From Bacteroidales bacterium (GTDB lineage: Bacteria; Bacteroidota; Bacteroidia; Bacteroidales; UBA932): a stretch of 64,000 bases of DNA. Of the stretch, positions 28,609-41,720 are shown piece after piece. Position 1 is the first letter of the stretch. Every line of letters begins with the position of its first letter. The DNA lies in contig JAGCYC010000033.1 of NCBI GenBank assembly GCA_017961015.1, positions 661 to 64,660 on the forward strand. The letters are read 5' to 3'. The notes beneath the pieces were generated by a model, which was given only the letters and a program-made list of their open reading frames with translations, ran no database searches and was not told the DNA's origin. Position numbers and translations under genes: made by a program.

Positions 28609-29310
28609 ATGAAACTGAAGGATTTGCTCCCGGACGACAGACCCCGGGAAAAACTGCTCCTCAAGGGAGCCAGAGCCCTGTCCAGTGCCGAACTGCTGGC
28701 CATACTCCTGGGCAGCGGGTTCCAGGGAAAGAACGTTGCCGATGTTGCGAGGGACCTACTGTATCTTGCCGAAGGAAAGCTGTCGCTGCTCTGCAGTATG
28801 TCTCCGGAAAAGATGGCTGTTCTCAAAGGTATAGGTACAGCCAGAGCAGTCACGGTTTCGGCTGCTCTGGAACTGGGCCGCCGCTGCTATGAAGAGCTTG
28901 CAGCGGTGGATCTGCGGTCTATCACCTCGCCGGCAATGGTGCATCAGCTTATGCTTCCGCTTATGAAAGACCTGGACCACGAGGAGTGCTGGGTAATGTA
29001 TCTGAACCGTTCCCACTACCTGATAGGCAAGGAGATGATATGCAAGGGTACTCTGGATCAGACTACCCTGGATGTCCACCGCATACTTCGCCGTGCGATA
29101 GAGAAACAGTGCCGTCACCTGATACTGGTTCACAACCATCCTTCCGGCACCGTACTCCCGAGCGAGGCCGATATCAATCAGACCGGCCTGCTCCGGAAAG
29201 CCTTGGAATCGGTTGGCATAAAGCTCTCGGACCACGTTATTATTTCGCCCAGGGCCTTTTTCTCCTTTACCGAGGACAAAGCCACAACATACGAAAAGTT
29301 TGGCGATTAG
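28609..29310 (+). CDS. radC: RadC family JAB-domain protein
   Basis: DRPREKL, ELLAILL, KGIG, EECWV, HNHPSG...S.AD, DHVII. ATG at 28609. Confidence 0.95.
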   Translation: MKLKDLLPDDRPREKLLLKGARALSSAELLAILLGSGFQGKNVADVARDLLYLAEGKLSLLCSMSPEKMAVLKGIGTARAVTVSAALELGRRCYEELAAVDLRSITSPAMVHQLMLPLMKDLDHEECWVMYLNRSHYLIGKEMICKGTLDQTTLDVHRILRRAIEKQCRHLILVHNHPSGTVLPSEADINQTGLLRKALESVGIKLSDHVIISPRAFFSFTEDKATTYEKFGD

Positions 29311-29321
29311 TGGAAAATTCC

Positions 29322-29329
29322 TATATTTG
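29322..29329 (+). promoter_or_regulatory. -7 box (TATATTTG) for upp
   Basis: TAnnTTTG 25 nt before the ATG at 29355. Confidence 0.6.
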
Positions 29330-29354
29330 CACTTCGAATGTAATATTCGAAGCA

Positions 29355-30008
29355 ATGAAAGTCATCAACATCGGCCAGAACAATTCCGTTCTCAACACCT
29401 TTATCGCCCAGATGCGGGATGCATCTATCCAGAAAGACAGCCTCCGTTTCCGTACAAACCTGGAACGGGTGGGTCAGATCTTCGCCTATGAGATTTCCAA
29501 GACCCTGGATTATTCTCCCAAGGAAATAGCTACTCCGCTGGGTATAGCTACGGTGTCCACTTATGACACGCCTCTGGTGGTCGCGACCATCCTCAGGGCC
29601 GGACTTCCCCTCCACAAGGGTATCCAGGACGTGTTCGACAATTCCGAGACCGCCTTCCTGGCCGCTTTCCGCAAATACGGAAAAGGTGACTATTTCAAAA
29701 TCAGGGCCGACTATTGCACCACCCCTTCCATCGAAGGCAAGACCCTGATCCTGGCCGATACGATGCTGGCTACCGGCTCCTCCATAGAAGTTGCAGTGAA
29801 CCGACTGAAGGAAGAAGCCGGCAATCCCGCCCACATCCATCTGGTATGCCCCATCTCCAGCGTTTATGCAGTGGAGCAGCTCAGTAAGAAGTTCGACGAC
29901 AGCGTAACCCTCTGGATTGCGGCCGAGGATGAAGAACTCACCAGCCACGGTTACATCGTGCCTGGCCTGGGCGACGCCGGCGACCTGGCCTACGGAGGAA
30001 AACTCTAG
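29355..30008 (+). CDS. upp: Uracil phosphoribosyltransferase
   Basis: TPLG, ILRAG, DTMLATGSS (PRPP loop), YIVPGLGDAGD. ATG at 29355. Confidence 0.95.
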   Translation: MKVINIGQNNSVLNTFIAQMRDASIQKDSLRFRTNLERVGQIFAYEISKTLDYSPKEIATPLGIATVSTYDTPLVVATILRAGLPLHKGIQDVFDNSETAFLAAFRKYGKGDYFKIRADYCTTPSIEGKTLILADTMLATGSSIEVAVNRLKEEAGNPAHIHLVCPISSVYAVEQLSKKFDDSVTLWIAAEDEELTSHGYIVPGLGDAGDLAYGGKL

Positions 30009-30017
30009 GAAAAATAC

Positions 30018-30826
30018 TTAAAGCAGAGCGCTCAGGGCCTGGTAGTACCGTTTGGAAACGGGCACGGGCTCTACGCCTTCCGTGTCCAGACGGGCCAGGG
30101 CATAGCCCACGCTGTCTTTTTTGACCAGTTCCACGTGAGTGGCATTCACATAGTATGAACGGTGGCAGCGCACCAGGGAATGACGCTCCAGTACCGGCTC
30201 CAGGGAACGCATTGAAGCCCTAAGGACGAAATCCTTCACCTTGCCGTTGTCCAGGTGGACAATGTGCACGTAATTCTCTTCGGCCTTGATGTAAAGGACG
30301 GCATCGGCCGATACTATCAGCTTGAGGCGCTTGTTCTCGTCGTAAAGGCGCAGGAGACTCTTTTCATCGGCCTGGGGGGCAAGGGCTTCATCCCTGAGGA
30401 CCGAGGCGAGGATTCCGAGGTTGAAGATGAGGTAGGGGAATACCAGGATGGCGGCCATATACAGCACGCAGCGGGACATTACCTGGAAATAGGGATGGAT
30501 GCCGGCCCAGCTTATGCCCATCAGGATGGACAGCATCAGGGCGCTCACCACAATCTCCCCGAGGCACCACAGAGTATATGTAGCCCAGCTGAGCCTGAGA
30601 CCTCTTCTGAGTATGAAGATAAGCATCCGGGATAGACTGGTAACACCCAGGACAATAAGTGATGCAATTATCAGGTTAAGTGTATAGTGACCCTTGGCTC
30701 CGGACAGGAAATCCACGATGCCGAAGGGCTCGTATGCGAGGACGAAAAGGAAGAAAAACAGCGGTACGCCCACAAAGAAGATGATGTTTGCGGGCATACG
30801 GTAGAATTTGAGAGGGAGGTTTCTGT

Positions 30827-30830
<4 letters not shown>
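30018..30830 (-). CDS. Membrane-anchored LytTR family transcriptional regulator
   Basis: Four TM helices, then [28 protein letters not shown] 30830 overlaps the copA TGA. Confidence 0.88.
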
Positions 30831-34977
<4,147 letters not shown>

Positions 34978-35003
34978 ATAATCGTCTTTTTAGCGTTATT
35001 TGA

Positions 35004-35011
35004 CAAAGATA
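35004..35011 (-). promoter_or_regulatory. -7 box (TATCTTTG) for the coiled-coil gene-trpS-copA-lytTR unit
   Basis: TAnnTTTG 26 nt upstream of the ATG at 34977. Confidence 0.6.
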
Positions 35012-35021
35012 GGAAAAAAAC

Positions 35022-36311
35022 TCAGAAATTGAACTTGGTCATACAGATAAAGCGGTGGTTCAGGAGCATATGGGTCTGGGCCGGGTCGAAGAGTCCGCGG
35101 CTGTTCCTGGCGGCGTTGGCGTCGTAGCCTGCGTTTACCGTATTTGCAAAACGGGCGGCGGTGAGGTTGTACTCCAGAGAGACGGTGAACTTGCCAAGGT
35201 TAAGGGCAAGGGTGGGAGTGGCCCTGAATGCCTCGGAGATACCGGTATCGGCCGAAGTATTGAGCCACAGCTGATTGTCAACCAGATCCTTGGTGGTTCC
35301 GAGCTGCTTCATATAGCCTATCATACACATAGCCTGCAGCTTTTTCCCGTAGGAGAAGCTCACGAATGAGGCCCAGTCCTGCATAGGGGTGAAGTCAACG
35401 GTGCCATTGTCATTGAAAGAGGCCACTCCGTAGCCGGAGAGCAGGTTCATATGCTCTCCGCTCTGGGCAAGGATGCTCTTTGCCTTAAGCTGGAACTTGC
35501 CGCTGGTGAACTGGAAGAACACGAAGGGGGAGATGCCGGTGAACAGACTCTTCACCAGAATCTTCGGAGCCGGGGTGGCGTCCTGCCAGGTCCAGTCGTT
35601 CTGGGGGGTGGTGTAGGGACGCAGATTCACGATGTCCACGCCTATCTTCGCAACTATGCTTCCGCCCTTGTAGCTTGCACCGAAGAAGACCTCGGGAAGC
35701 CCGTATTTGTAATAGTCCTTGCTCTTTCCGGCAGGGCCGGTAGGGAGGTAGTGGTTAAGGTACAGGAGGCTGGCGGTGAAGCTGAATCCTCCGCCCAGGG
35801 CCAAATCGGCAGTAAGCTGGGGACTGCGGTTGAAGGGATTGAAGGGAGCTCCCGTCTCCAGGTTGTTCATATGGGGAAGGTCTGCTGCCACGGGGTGCCA
35901 GGCCTGGCCGATGGTGAGGCTCACGGGGCAGTCGTCCCACTGGAGCTTCATAAAAGCCTGCCTGAGGCGAAGGATGGGAACGGCGCCGCTGAGGTTGTAG
36001 AAATCGGCCTCGACCTTGCCCGAGACGCCCATCGTTCCGAACTTGTAGCCGGAGACATCCAGGCCAAGGCGGGTGGTCAGCGATACGAACCTCCAGTTGA
36101 AGGCACCGTTAACATCGTTCCCGTCCACTATGGACAGGTCCTTGGGCATATAGAAGTACAGGTCTTCGGTACCGGCGTTCACGGCGCGGGTATCGGCCAC
36201 CATATAGTTGCGGATAAAACCGTAAAGCTTGAATTTTGAAGGAGTTTCCTCCTGTGCAAAGGCGGTCAGGCCCAGAAGGAGTAGGGCGGCCGCTGCCAAT
36301 GTCTTTTTCAT
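35022..36311 (-). CDS. Outer-membrane beta-barrel porin (DcaP-like)
   Basis: Signal peptide; FKLYGFIR, TRLGLD, GKVEADF, LRLRQAF, GQAWHP; C-terminal aromatic signal KFNF. ATG at 36311. Confidence 0.8.
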   Translation of the reverse strand: MKKTLAAAALLLLGLTAFAQEETPSKFKLYGFIRNYMVADTRAVNAGTEDLYFYMPKDLSIVDGNDVNGAFNWRFVSLTTRLGLDVSGYKFGTMGVSGKVEADFYNLSGAVPILRLRQAFMKLQWDDCPVSLTIGQAWHPVAADLPHMNNLETGAPFNPFNRSPQLTADLALGGGFSFTASLLYLNHYLPTGPAGKSKDYYKYGLPEVFFGASYKGGSIVAKIGVDIVNLRPYTTPQNDWTWQDATPAPKILVKSLFTGISPFVFFQFTSGKFQLKAKSILAQSGEHMNLLSGYGVASFNDNGTVDFTPMQDWASFVSFSYGKKLQAMCMIGYMKQLGTTKDLVDNQLWLNTSADTGISEAFRATPTLALNLGKFTVSLEYNLTAARFANTVNAGYDANAARNSRGLFDPAQTHMLLNHRFICMTKFNF

Positions 36312-36312
36312 T

Positions 36313-37758
36313 CTATGCAAAAGGGAAAATCTTGGTAAGCCAGAAATAACCGAGCACGAAGCCCACTGTACCGATGATCAGGCCAATCTTGGTCATATCC
36401 TTGGTCTCCACCATACCGGTTGCCGATGCAATTGCGTTCGGGGGAGTGGAAATGGGGAAGAGCATAGCTATGGAGGCGCACACGGCGATGAAGGTAATCA
36501 TTGCCGATGTTCCGCCCATCGCAAGGAAGCTGGCGTTGTTTGCAGCCTCGGGGTCGGCCATACCGTTGGCGACAACGATAAGGATAGGGATGAGGAGGGC
36601 TGCGGTGGCGCTGTTGGAGATAAAGTTACTGAGCAGGTAGCAAACCAGGCCGGCTACTACCAGCACAACCCAGACTTTCATACTGCCGAAGGGGATAGCC
36701 TGGATAAGGACCTTGGCAAGACCCGTATCCTGAAGGCAGTAACCCAGGCAGAATCCGCCGGCTACCAGCCAGAGCACGTTCCAGTTGATTTCCTTGATCT
36801 CGTCCTTGCCGAAGAGGCCGCAGGCGGTAAATACGCCCAGGGGGATCAGGGCTACGATATTGGAGTTGATATGGGTGAGCTGCTCGGTGGCCCAGAGGAA
36901 GATGGTTCCTATGAAAGTGATCCAGACCACGGTGAGCCTCCAGTCCTTTTTCCTGTCGCTCTTGGGTATCTCGAGCACCAGCTTCTTGGTCTTGAAGGGG
37001 AAGAAGATGCGGAGCAGTATCCAGGCGATGAAAATCATAATGAGCACGTAGGGAATCATATGTACGCACCATTCGCCGAAGGAAATGTCTATTCCGGCCT
37101 GCTCCAGGGCACCTTTGGCGGTAGCGTTGGGAGGGGTGCCGATAGGAGTGCCGATACCGCCGAGGTTGGCGGCTACCGGAATGGACAGTGCAAGGCCGAT
37201 CTTGCCCTTGTCATCGGCCGGAAGTTTCGAGAGCACCGGAGTCAGGAGGGCCAGCATCATAGCGGCGGTGGCGGTGTTGGACATAAACATCGAGAACACC
37301 GAAATCATAATGAGGAAGCCCAGGAGCACGATCTCGGGCTTGGTGCCGAAGAGTTTCAGCAGGGCCCTGGCGAGGGTGACATCCAGGCCGTATTTTTCGG
37401 CCATAATCGCGAGGACGAAGCCGCCCAGGAAGAGCATCACCACTGGATCGGCCATACTGGACATAATCCTGGCATAGGGAACGAGGGTTCCGTACTGGGG
37501 ATCGCAGAACAGGCCGATACCCTTGTTGGACACGGTCAGAAGCGAAATTACGATTACCAGCAGGGAGGTGGACCAGTTGGGAATGATCTCGAAGATCCAC
37601 ATCAGGGCGGCGAACACGAAGAGCGCGATAACGCGCTGCTGCACTACGGTGAGGGCGTCGATTCCGAAGAAAGACACGGGGACGGCCCAGAGGAAAACCG
37701 TAATGGCAAGTACCAGCGGCAGGAAGACGCAGTACTTGAGGTTGAAGGATTTAGCCAT
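36313..37758 (-). CDS. SLC13/DASS family Na+-coupled anion (dicarboxylate/sulfate) permease
   Basis: Two SNT-type motifs (FMSNTAT, FISNSAT), TPIGTPPNA, PISTPPNA; multi-TM. Confidence 0.92.
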   Translation of the reverse strand: MAKSFNLKYCVFLPLVLAITVFLWAVPVSFFGIDALTVVQQRVIALFVFAALMWIFEIIPNWSTSLLVIVISLLTVSNKGIGLFCDPQYGTLVPYARIMSSMADPVVMLFLGGFVLAIMAEKYGLDVTLARALLKLFGTKPEIVLLGFLIMISVFSMFMSNTATAAMMLALLTPVLSKLPADDKGKIGLALSIPVAANLGGIGTPIGTPPNATAKGALEQAGIDISFGEWCVHMIPYVLIMIFIAWILLRIFFPFKTKKLVLEIPKSDRKKDWRLTVVWITFIGTIFLWATEQLTHINSNIVALIPLGVFTACGLFGKDEIKEINWNVLWLVAGGFCLGYCLQDTGLAKVLIQAIPFGSMKVWVVLVVAGLVCYLLSNFISNSATAALLIPILIVVANGMADPEAANNASFLAMGGTSAMITFIAVCASIAMLFPISTPPNAIASATGMVETKDMTKIGLIIGTVGFVLGYFWLTKIFPFA

Positions 37759-37769
37759 ATATTTCGACT

Positions 37770-39371
37770 TTATTTTTCATAGGTGAAACGAATGTCAACG
37801 GGTATCTTCTCCAGTTCCAGCGAAACCTTGTCGGCGAGGATGGAGGCCGATTCTACCGAGTACTTCTGAACCAGGGCTACTGCGGCTTCGCGGTCGCCGG
37901 TGGCCTGGATCTTCAGAATGAGGGCTCCAAGATTCTCAAGGGCGCTTTCGGTGAGGCGGCAGTCGATGTCGTATCGGCCCGAAGCCTTGCGGCTTATGGC
38001 GCCCTGTTCGGCCAGATAGTTGTACACCAGGAGGTTGGCCTGACCGGTGGGGTCGGCGGCGCCGAAGCGGCAGGAACGGATGATGTTGGCCACGAAGGTT
38101 GTGAGCACGTCCTCTTTCTGTATGAGGGCCTGGATATGGTGGGCGTTAACCTGGGAGGCACAGAGCCAGGCACCCAGGACGTTGGATTTGGCCTTTTCCA
38201 GGACCAGGGCTTCGTTTCCGAGGGCATCGGCCACGCTGCCCTTGCCGTTGATGGTCTCCTTCACGCCAAGGCCCTTGGCCAGCTCGCGGAAGACGATGCC
38301 CCAATAGAAGGCGCTGGCGTCCAAATGGGCCTGCTGGTCGGTTTCGAACAGGGTCATACCAACGGGGAAGACGGTGCGGTTGAACTTTTCGCGGATAATG
38401 TTGTCGAAGAGGATGGTGCGGGTGCCGAGTTCCTCCTGGACGCGCTCGTCATAGGGGAAGTTGATGGCGATCACCTTGAATCCGGCGTTGGTATAGCCGC
38501 CGTAATAGATCACGTTGCAGGAGAAAATGTCGGACTCGCTGCCGGGGGTGAAGCTGTGGTAGGCGGGGTCGCCGGGAAGCAGCTGCTGGAATTCCTCCAG
38601 ACGGGCCGACAGGGCGTTGAGCTGCTCGGTGCGTTCCAGGTTCTTCAGGAGCACGTAGGCGCCGAAAGAGGCCTTCCTGCCGTAGAGGGCGTCGTCGACA
38701 GCCTCGTTGGGACCGAGCACAAGGTCCATCTTGCTGTCGGTCATCTCCAGCCAGGCGTGGTCGCTCTCGTAATAGTCGTCGCTGCGAAGGCCTTCGATCT
38801 TGCTCAGAAGATACTTGCGCACGCTCTCCTTGATGGTGATGTCGGCTGCGGCGTTAAGGTAGCTGCAGATCTTCTCGATATGGGAGGCGTAGGCGTCGTG
38901 ATACCAAACGCATACGAGATTTCCGTCGGCATCCCTGCGGATAAGGGTGTAGGGACTGTTCTTGGCGGGATCGTCAAAGGCTTCCCACTCCTCGGGAGTC
39001 ATATCTTCGGGATAGAAGCCTGCACCGGCGGGCTTGTCGGAGTAGCCGCTCACGAAGGCCTTGCCGTCCAGACGGTCCCAGGGGCCGTAATTGATAAGGG
39101 CGTATTCTTTCTGTGAGGGATCGGTCAGGGAAGCAAGGAAAGATTCCTTGTCTCCGAAATTCTGCTCCCAGTAGATTTTGTCGGCCTCGTCGGCAGCAAA
39201 ACGGTAAAGGTTAAGCACTTCCTTCCCGTTGTCGGTAATCCCGGACAGGTCCGGAGCGGGAATGGTTACAAGGGCGTAATTGCCCAGGAGCCGTTCTGTC
39301 CGGCTGCGGTGCTCTCCGCAGGAAGACAGCAGCAGGGCCAAGGCGCCCATCGCAAAGATGAAACGTTTCAT
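37770..39371 (-). CDS. Peptidase M49 (dipeptidyl-peptidase III)-like lipoprotein, predicted catalytically inactive
   Basis: Lipobox LSSC. INYGPWDRLD, GFYPEDMT.EE, SPYTLIRR, IAINFPYDERV and KF resemble bacterial M49 proteins; HExxH is replaced by RELAK. ATG at 39371. Confidence 0.82.
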   Translation of the reverse strand: MKRFIFAMGALALLLSSCGEHRSRTERLLGNYALVTIPAPDLSGITDNGKEVLNLYRFAADEADKIYWEQNFGDKESFLASLTDPSQKEYALINYGPWDRLDGKAFVSGYSDKPAGAGFYPEDMTPEEWEAFDDPAKNSPYTLIRRDADGNLVCVWYHDAYASHIEKICSYLNAAADITIKESVRKYLLSKIEGLRSDDYYESDHAWLEMTDSKMDLVLGPNEAVDDALYGRKASFGAYVLLKNLERTEQLNALSARLEEFQQLLPGDPAYHSFTPGSESDIFSCNVIYYGGYTNAGFKVIAINFPYDERVQEELGTRTILFDNIIREKFNRTVFPVGMTLFETDQQAHLDASAFYWGIVFRELAKGLGVKETINGKGSVADALGNEALVLEKAKSNVLGAWLCASQVNAHHIQALIQKEDVLTTFVANIIRSCRFGAADPTGQANLLVYNYLAEQGAISRKASGRYDIDCRLTESALENLGALILKIQATGDREAAVALVQKYSVESASILADKVSLELEKIPVDIRFTYEK

Positions 39372-39404
39372 ATCAGTCTTTATTACTACTTGCAAATTAG
39401 CTTG

Positions 39405-39412
39405 CAAAGGTA
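39405..39412 (-). promoter_or_regulatory. -7 box (TACCTTTG) for the M49-like/SLC13/porin operon
   Basis: TAnnTTTG, back-to-back with the gdh promoter. Confidence 0.6.
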
Positions 39413-39424
39413 CGAATTATTCTT

Positions 39425-39432
39425 TATATTTG
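39425..39432 (+). promoter_or_regulatory. -7 box (TATATTTG) for gdh
   Basis: TAnnTTTG 72 nt upstream of the ATG at 39505. Confidence 0.6.
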
Positions 39433-39504
39433 TGAGGAAATTAGCGCTTTTCAAACAAGATTTGAAAGCAAAACATACAACCATTTAATTACACACCAAA
39501 CTTT

Positions 39505-40848
39505 ATGAAAACAGCCGACATAATGGCCCGCATCGAGGCTAAGTATCCCCTTGAGAAAGAGTATCTGCAGGCCGTACAGGAGGTACTGGAATCCATTGAA
39601 GAAGTTTACAACCGTCACCCCGAGTTCGAAAGGGCTAAGATTGTGGAGAGAATGGTCGAGCCCGACCGCATCTTCTCCTTCCGCGTAACCTGGGTTGACG
39701 ACCGCGGCGAGGTCCGTACCAACACCGGCTACCGTATCCAGTTCAACAGCGCGATAGGCCCCTACAAGGGAGGACTGCGCTTCCATAAGGCGGTAACCCC
39801 GTCAATGCTCAAATTCCTGGGCTTCGAACAGACCTTCAAGAATGCCCTTACCACCCTGCCGATGGGCGGCGCCAAGGGCGGTGCCGATTTCGACCCCACC
39901 GGCAAGTCCGACGAGGAGATTATGCGTTTCTGCCAGGCATTTATGCTTGAGCTCTGGAACTGCATCGGCCCCGACCAGGACATCCCCGCAGGCGATGTGG
40001 GAGTGGGCGGCCGCGAAATCGGCTACCTTTACGGAATGTACAAGAAACTGGCCCGCCAGTACAACACTGGTGTGCTCACCGGCAAGGGTGCCACCTGGGG
40101 AGGCAGTATCCTGCGTCCGGAAGCCACCGGCTTCGGTGCACTGTATTTCACCCAGCATCTTTTGCACAAGGCCGGCAAGGATATCAAGGGCTGCAGGATA
40201 GCCCTTTCAGGCTTCGGCAATGTAGCCTGGGGCGCTGCCACCAAGGCCACCGAGCTCGGCGCCAAAGTGGTGGCCGTTTCCGGTCCCGACGGCGTGTGCG
40301 AGATCCCCGGCGGTATTACCAAGGAAATGATTGACTATATGCTGGTTATGCGTGCATCCAACCGCAACCGGGTACAGGATATGGCCGATAAGTTCCCCGG
40401 TGAGGCGGTCTTCACTCCCGGCAAGAAGGCCTGGAGCGTCAAGTGCGACATCGCCCTTCCCTGCGCCTTCCAGAACGAACTGTCGGAAGACGATGCCCGT
40501 GAACTCAAGGCCAACGGCTGCTGGTGCTGCTGCGAGGTTTCCAATATGGGCTGCCAGCCCGGCGCCATCCACTTCTTCCAGTCCAACGGCGTGCTCTTCG
40601 CACCCGGTAAGGCCGTGAACGCAGGCGGTGTTGCCACTTCCGGCCTGGAAATGACCCAGAATGCGGAACACATCAGCTGGGACGCCTCCGAGGTGGACGC
40701 CAAACTGCATTTCATAATGAAGAGCATACACGAACAGTGTGTCAAGTACGGCACCCAGCCCGACGGCAGCATCGACTATGTGAAAGGCGCCAACATCGCC
40801 GGCTTTATGAAAGTTGCCACCGCTATGCTCGAGCAGGGCACTGTGTAG
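39505..40848 (+). CDS. gdhA: Glutamate dehydrogenase (GdhA family; probably NAD-preferring, GdhB-like)
   Basis: GPYKGGLRFH, FEQTFKN, GGAKGG, RPEATG, GFGNVA, NAGGVATSGLEM. SGPDG occurs where NADP-type enzymes usually have SDS. Confidence 0.95.
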   Translation: MKTADIMARIEAKYPLEKEYLQAVQEVLESIEEVYNRHPEFERAKIVERMVEPDRIFSFRVTWVDDRGEVRTNTGYRIQFNSAIGPYKGGLRFHKAVTPSMLKFLGFEQTFKNALTTLPMGGAKGGADFDPTGKSDEEIMRFCQAFMLELWNCIGPDQDIPAGDVGVGGREIGYLYGMYKKLARQYNTGVLTGKGATWGGSILRPEATGFGALYFTQHLLHKAGKDIKGCRIALSGFGNVAWGAATKATELGAKVVAVSGPDGVCEIPGGITKEMIDYMLVMRASNRNRVQDMADKFPGEAVFTPGKKAWSVKCDIALPCAFQNELSEDDARELKANGCWCCCEVSNMGCQPGAIHFFQSNGVLFAPGKAVNAGGVATSGLEMTQNAEHISWDASEVDAKLHFIMKSIHEQCVKYGTQPDGSIDYVKGANIAGFMKVATAMLEQGTV

Positions 40849-40868
40849 CGCCTTCGCGAAGATCAAAG

Positions 40869-40905
40869 AAAAACCGGAATCTCACCTGAGACTCCGGTTT
40901 TTTTT
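40869..40905. terminator. Bidirectional intrinsic terminator between gdh and tRNA-His
   Basis: AAAAA-CCGGAATCTC-ACCT-GAGACTCCGG-TTTTTTTT hairpin flanked by A and T runs. Confidence 0.85.
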
Positions 40906-40907
40906 GC

Positions 40908-40984
40908 TGGGGTGGATGATGGGGCTCGAACCCACGACACTCGGAACCACAATCCGATGCTCTACCAGCTGAACTACATCCACC
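40908..40984 (-). tRNA. tRNA-His (GUG), with encoded G-1 and CCA
   Basis: Minus strand G-GTGGATG...TCGGA-TTGTGGT-TCCGA...GTGGG-TTCGAGC-CCCAT-CATCCAC-C-CCA; complete cloverleaf with G-1:C73. Confidence 0.97.
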
Positions 40985-40996
40985 ATTTGGGGACTG

Positions 40997-41004
40997 CAAA
41001 GATA
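40997..41004 (-). promoter_or_regulatory. -7 box (TATCTTTG) for tRNA-His
   Basis: TAnnTTTG 12 nt upstream of the tRNA. Confidence 0.65.
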
Positions 41005-41045
41005 CTACTATTTTTTGCAATCACAAAAAATTTTTGCTGCACGGC

Positions 41046-41720
41046 TCAAAGCACTATGGTGCCGTCATAAATCATATAGGTGCGCTCCTGAATCTTCAGC
41101 TCGCCAGTCTCCTTGTCTTGGGCAAGGGCGTGATAGACGAGGGAAAGCTTTTGGCGCGGACCGTCTGGAGATACTATACCTTCCAGGGGGATGCAGTAGA
41201 TTGCGCTTGCCTTCTTGAGGTTCTCCTGGTCCATCTCCACCGGATTTTCACCCAGGCCTTCGTGGTAGAGGGTGATGACTATTTCCTTGGTTTCAAGGGT
41301 CTTCCATACCGCATAGAACTTGTGGGCGTCCTTGTTTGCCTGGGTATAATACCAGTTCAGCTGGAGGTTAAGGTAGCCTCCGCTCACCGACTGGTTGGGA
41401 ATTACTACAGGATCGGTAAAGCTGTACTGGGCCTGGTCGGGGGCTGCCGCCAGGATATTGCACTTTGCACGGGCCAGCACCCTCACGTGAAGATCTTTAT
41501 CCAGCACGTCCAGAAGCACAAGGTAACGGGCTCCGTCTTCCCAGTTTCCGTCGGTCTTGTCTTCCTGGATGGTAAAGACTGTATTGGCGTCGTTTACAAA
41601 AGTGTTGCCCCGGACGGTAATCAGATCCTCCATTCCGAGTATCTGGAAGGCATCTTCAGTGCTGCAGCCTGTCAGGCAGGTAAGGACTGCGGCGAGAGCC
41701 GCTGCTAAATAATGCTTCAT
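41046..41720 (-). CDS. NigD-like lipoprotein
   Basis: Lipobox LTGC; DPV.I....SGGYLNL...H.F....L.H pattern of the NigD C-terminal domain. Confidence 0.7.
   Translation of the reverse strand: MKHYLAAALAAVLTCLTGCSTEDAFQILGMEDLITVRGNTFVNDANTVFTIQEDKTDGNWEDGARYLVLLDVLDKDLHVRVLARAKCNILAAAPDQAQYSFTDPVVIPNQSVSGGYLNLQLNWYYTQANKDAHKFYAVWKTLETKEIVITLYHEGLGENPVEMDQENLKKASAIYCIPLEGIVSPDGPRQKLSLVYHALAQDKETGELKIQERTYMIYDGTIVL

Noticed and set aside
28609-29310. radC as a mobile-element or anti-defence JAB gene
   Set aside because: Full-length chromosomal type with the N-terminal RPREKL/HhH region in a housekeeping context.
28986-29354. Apparent 5' extension of upp overlapping radC (possible frameshift fusion)
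   Set aside because: radC ends normally at 29310, and upp has its own -7 box and ATG at 29355; no slippery site seen.
36229-37782. 517-aa ORF antisense to the SLC13 permease
   Set aside because: His/Gln/Asp-rich mirror of hydrophobic codons; not a plausible protein.
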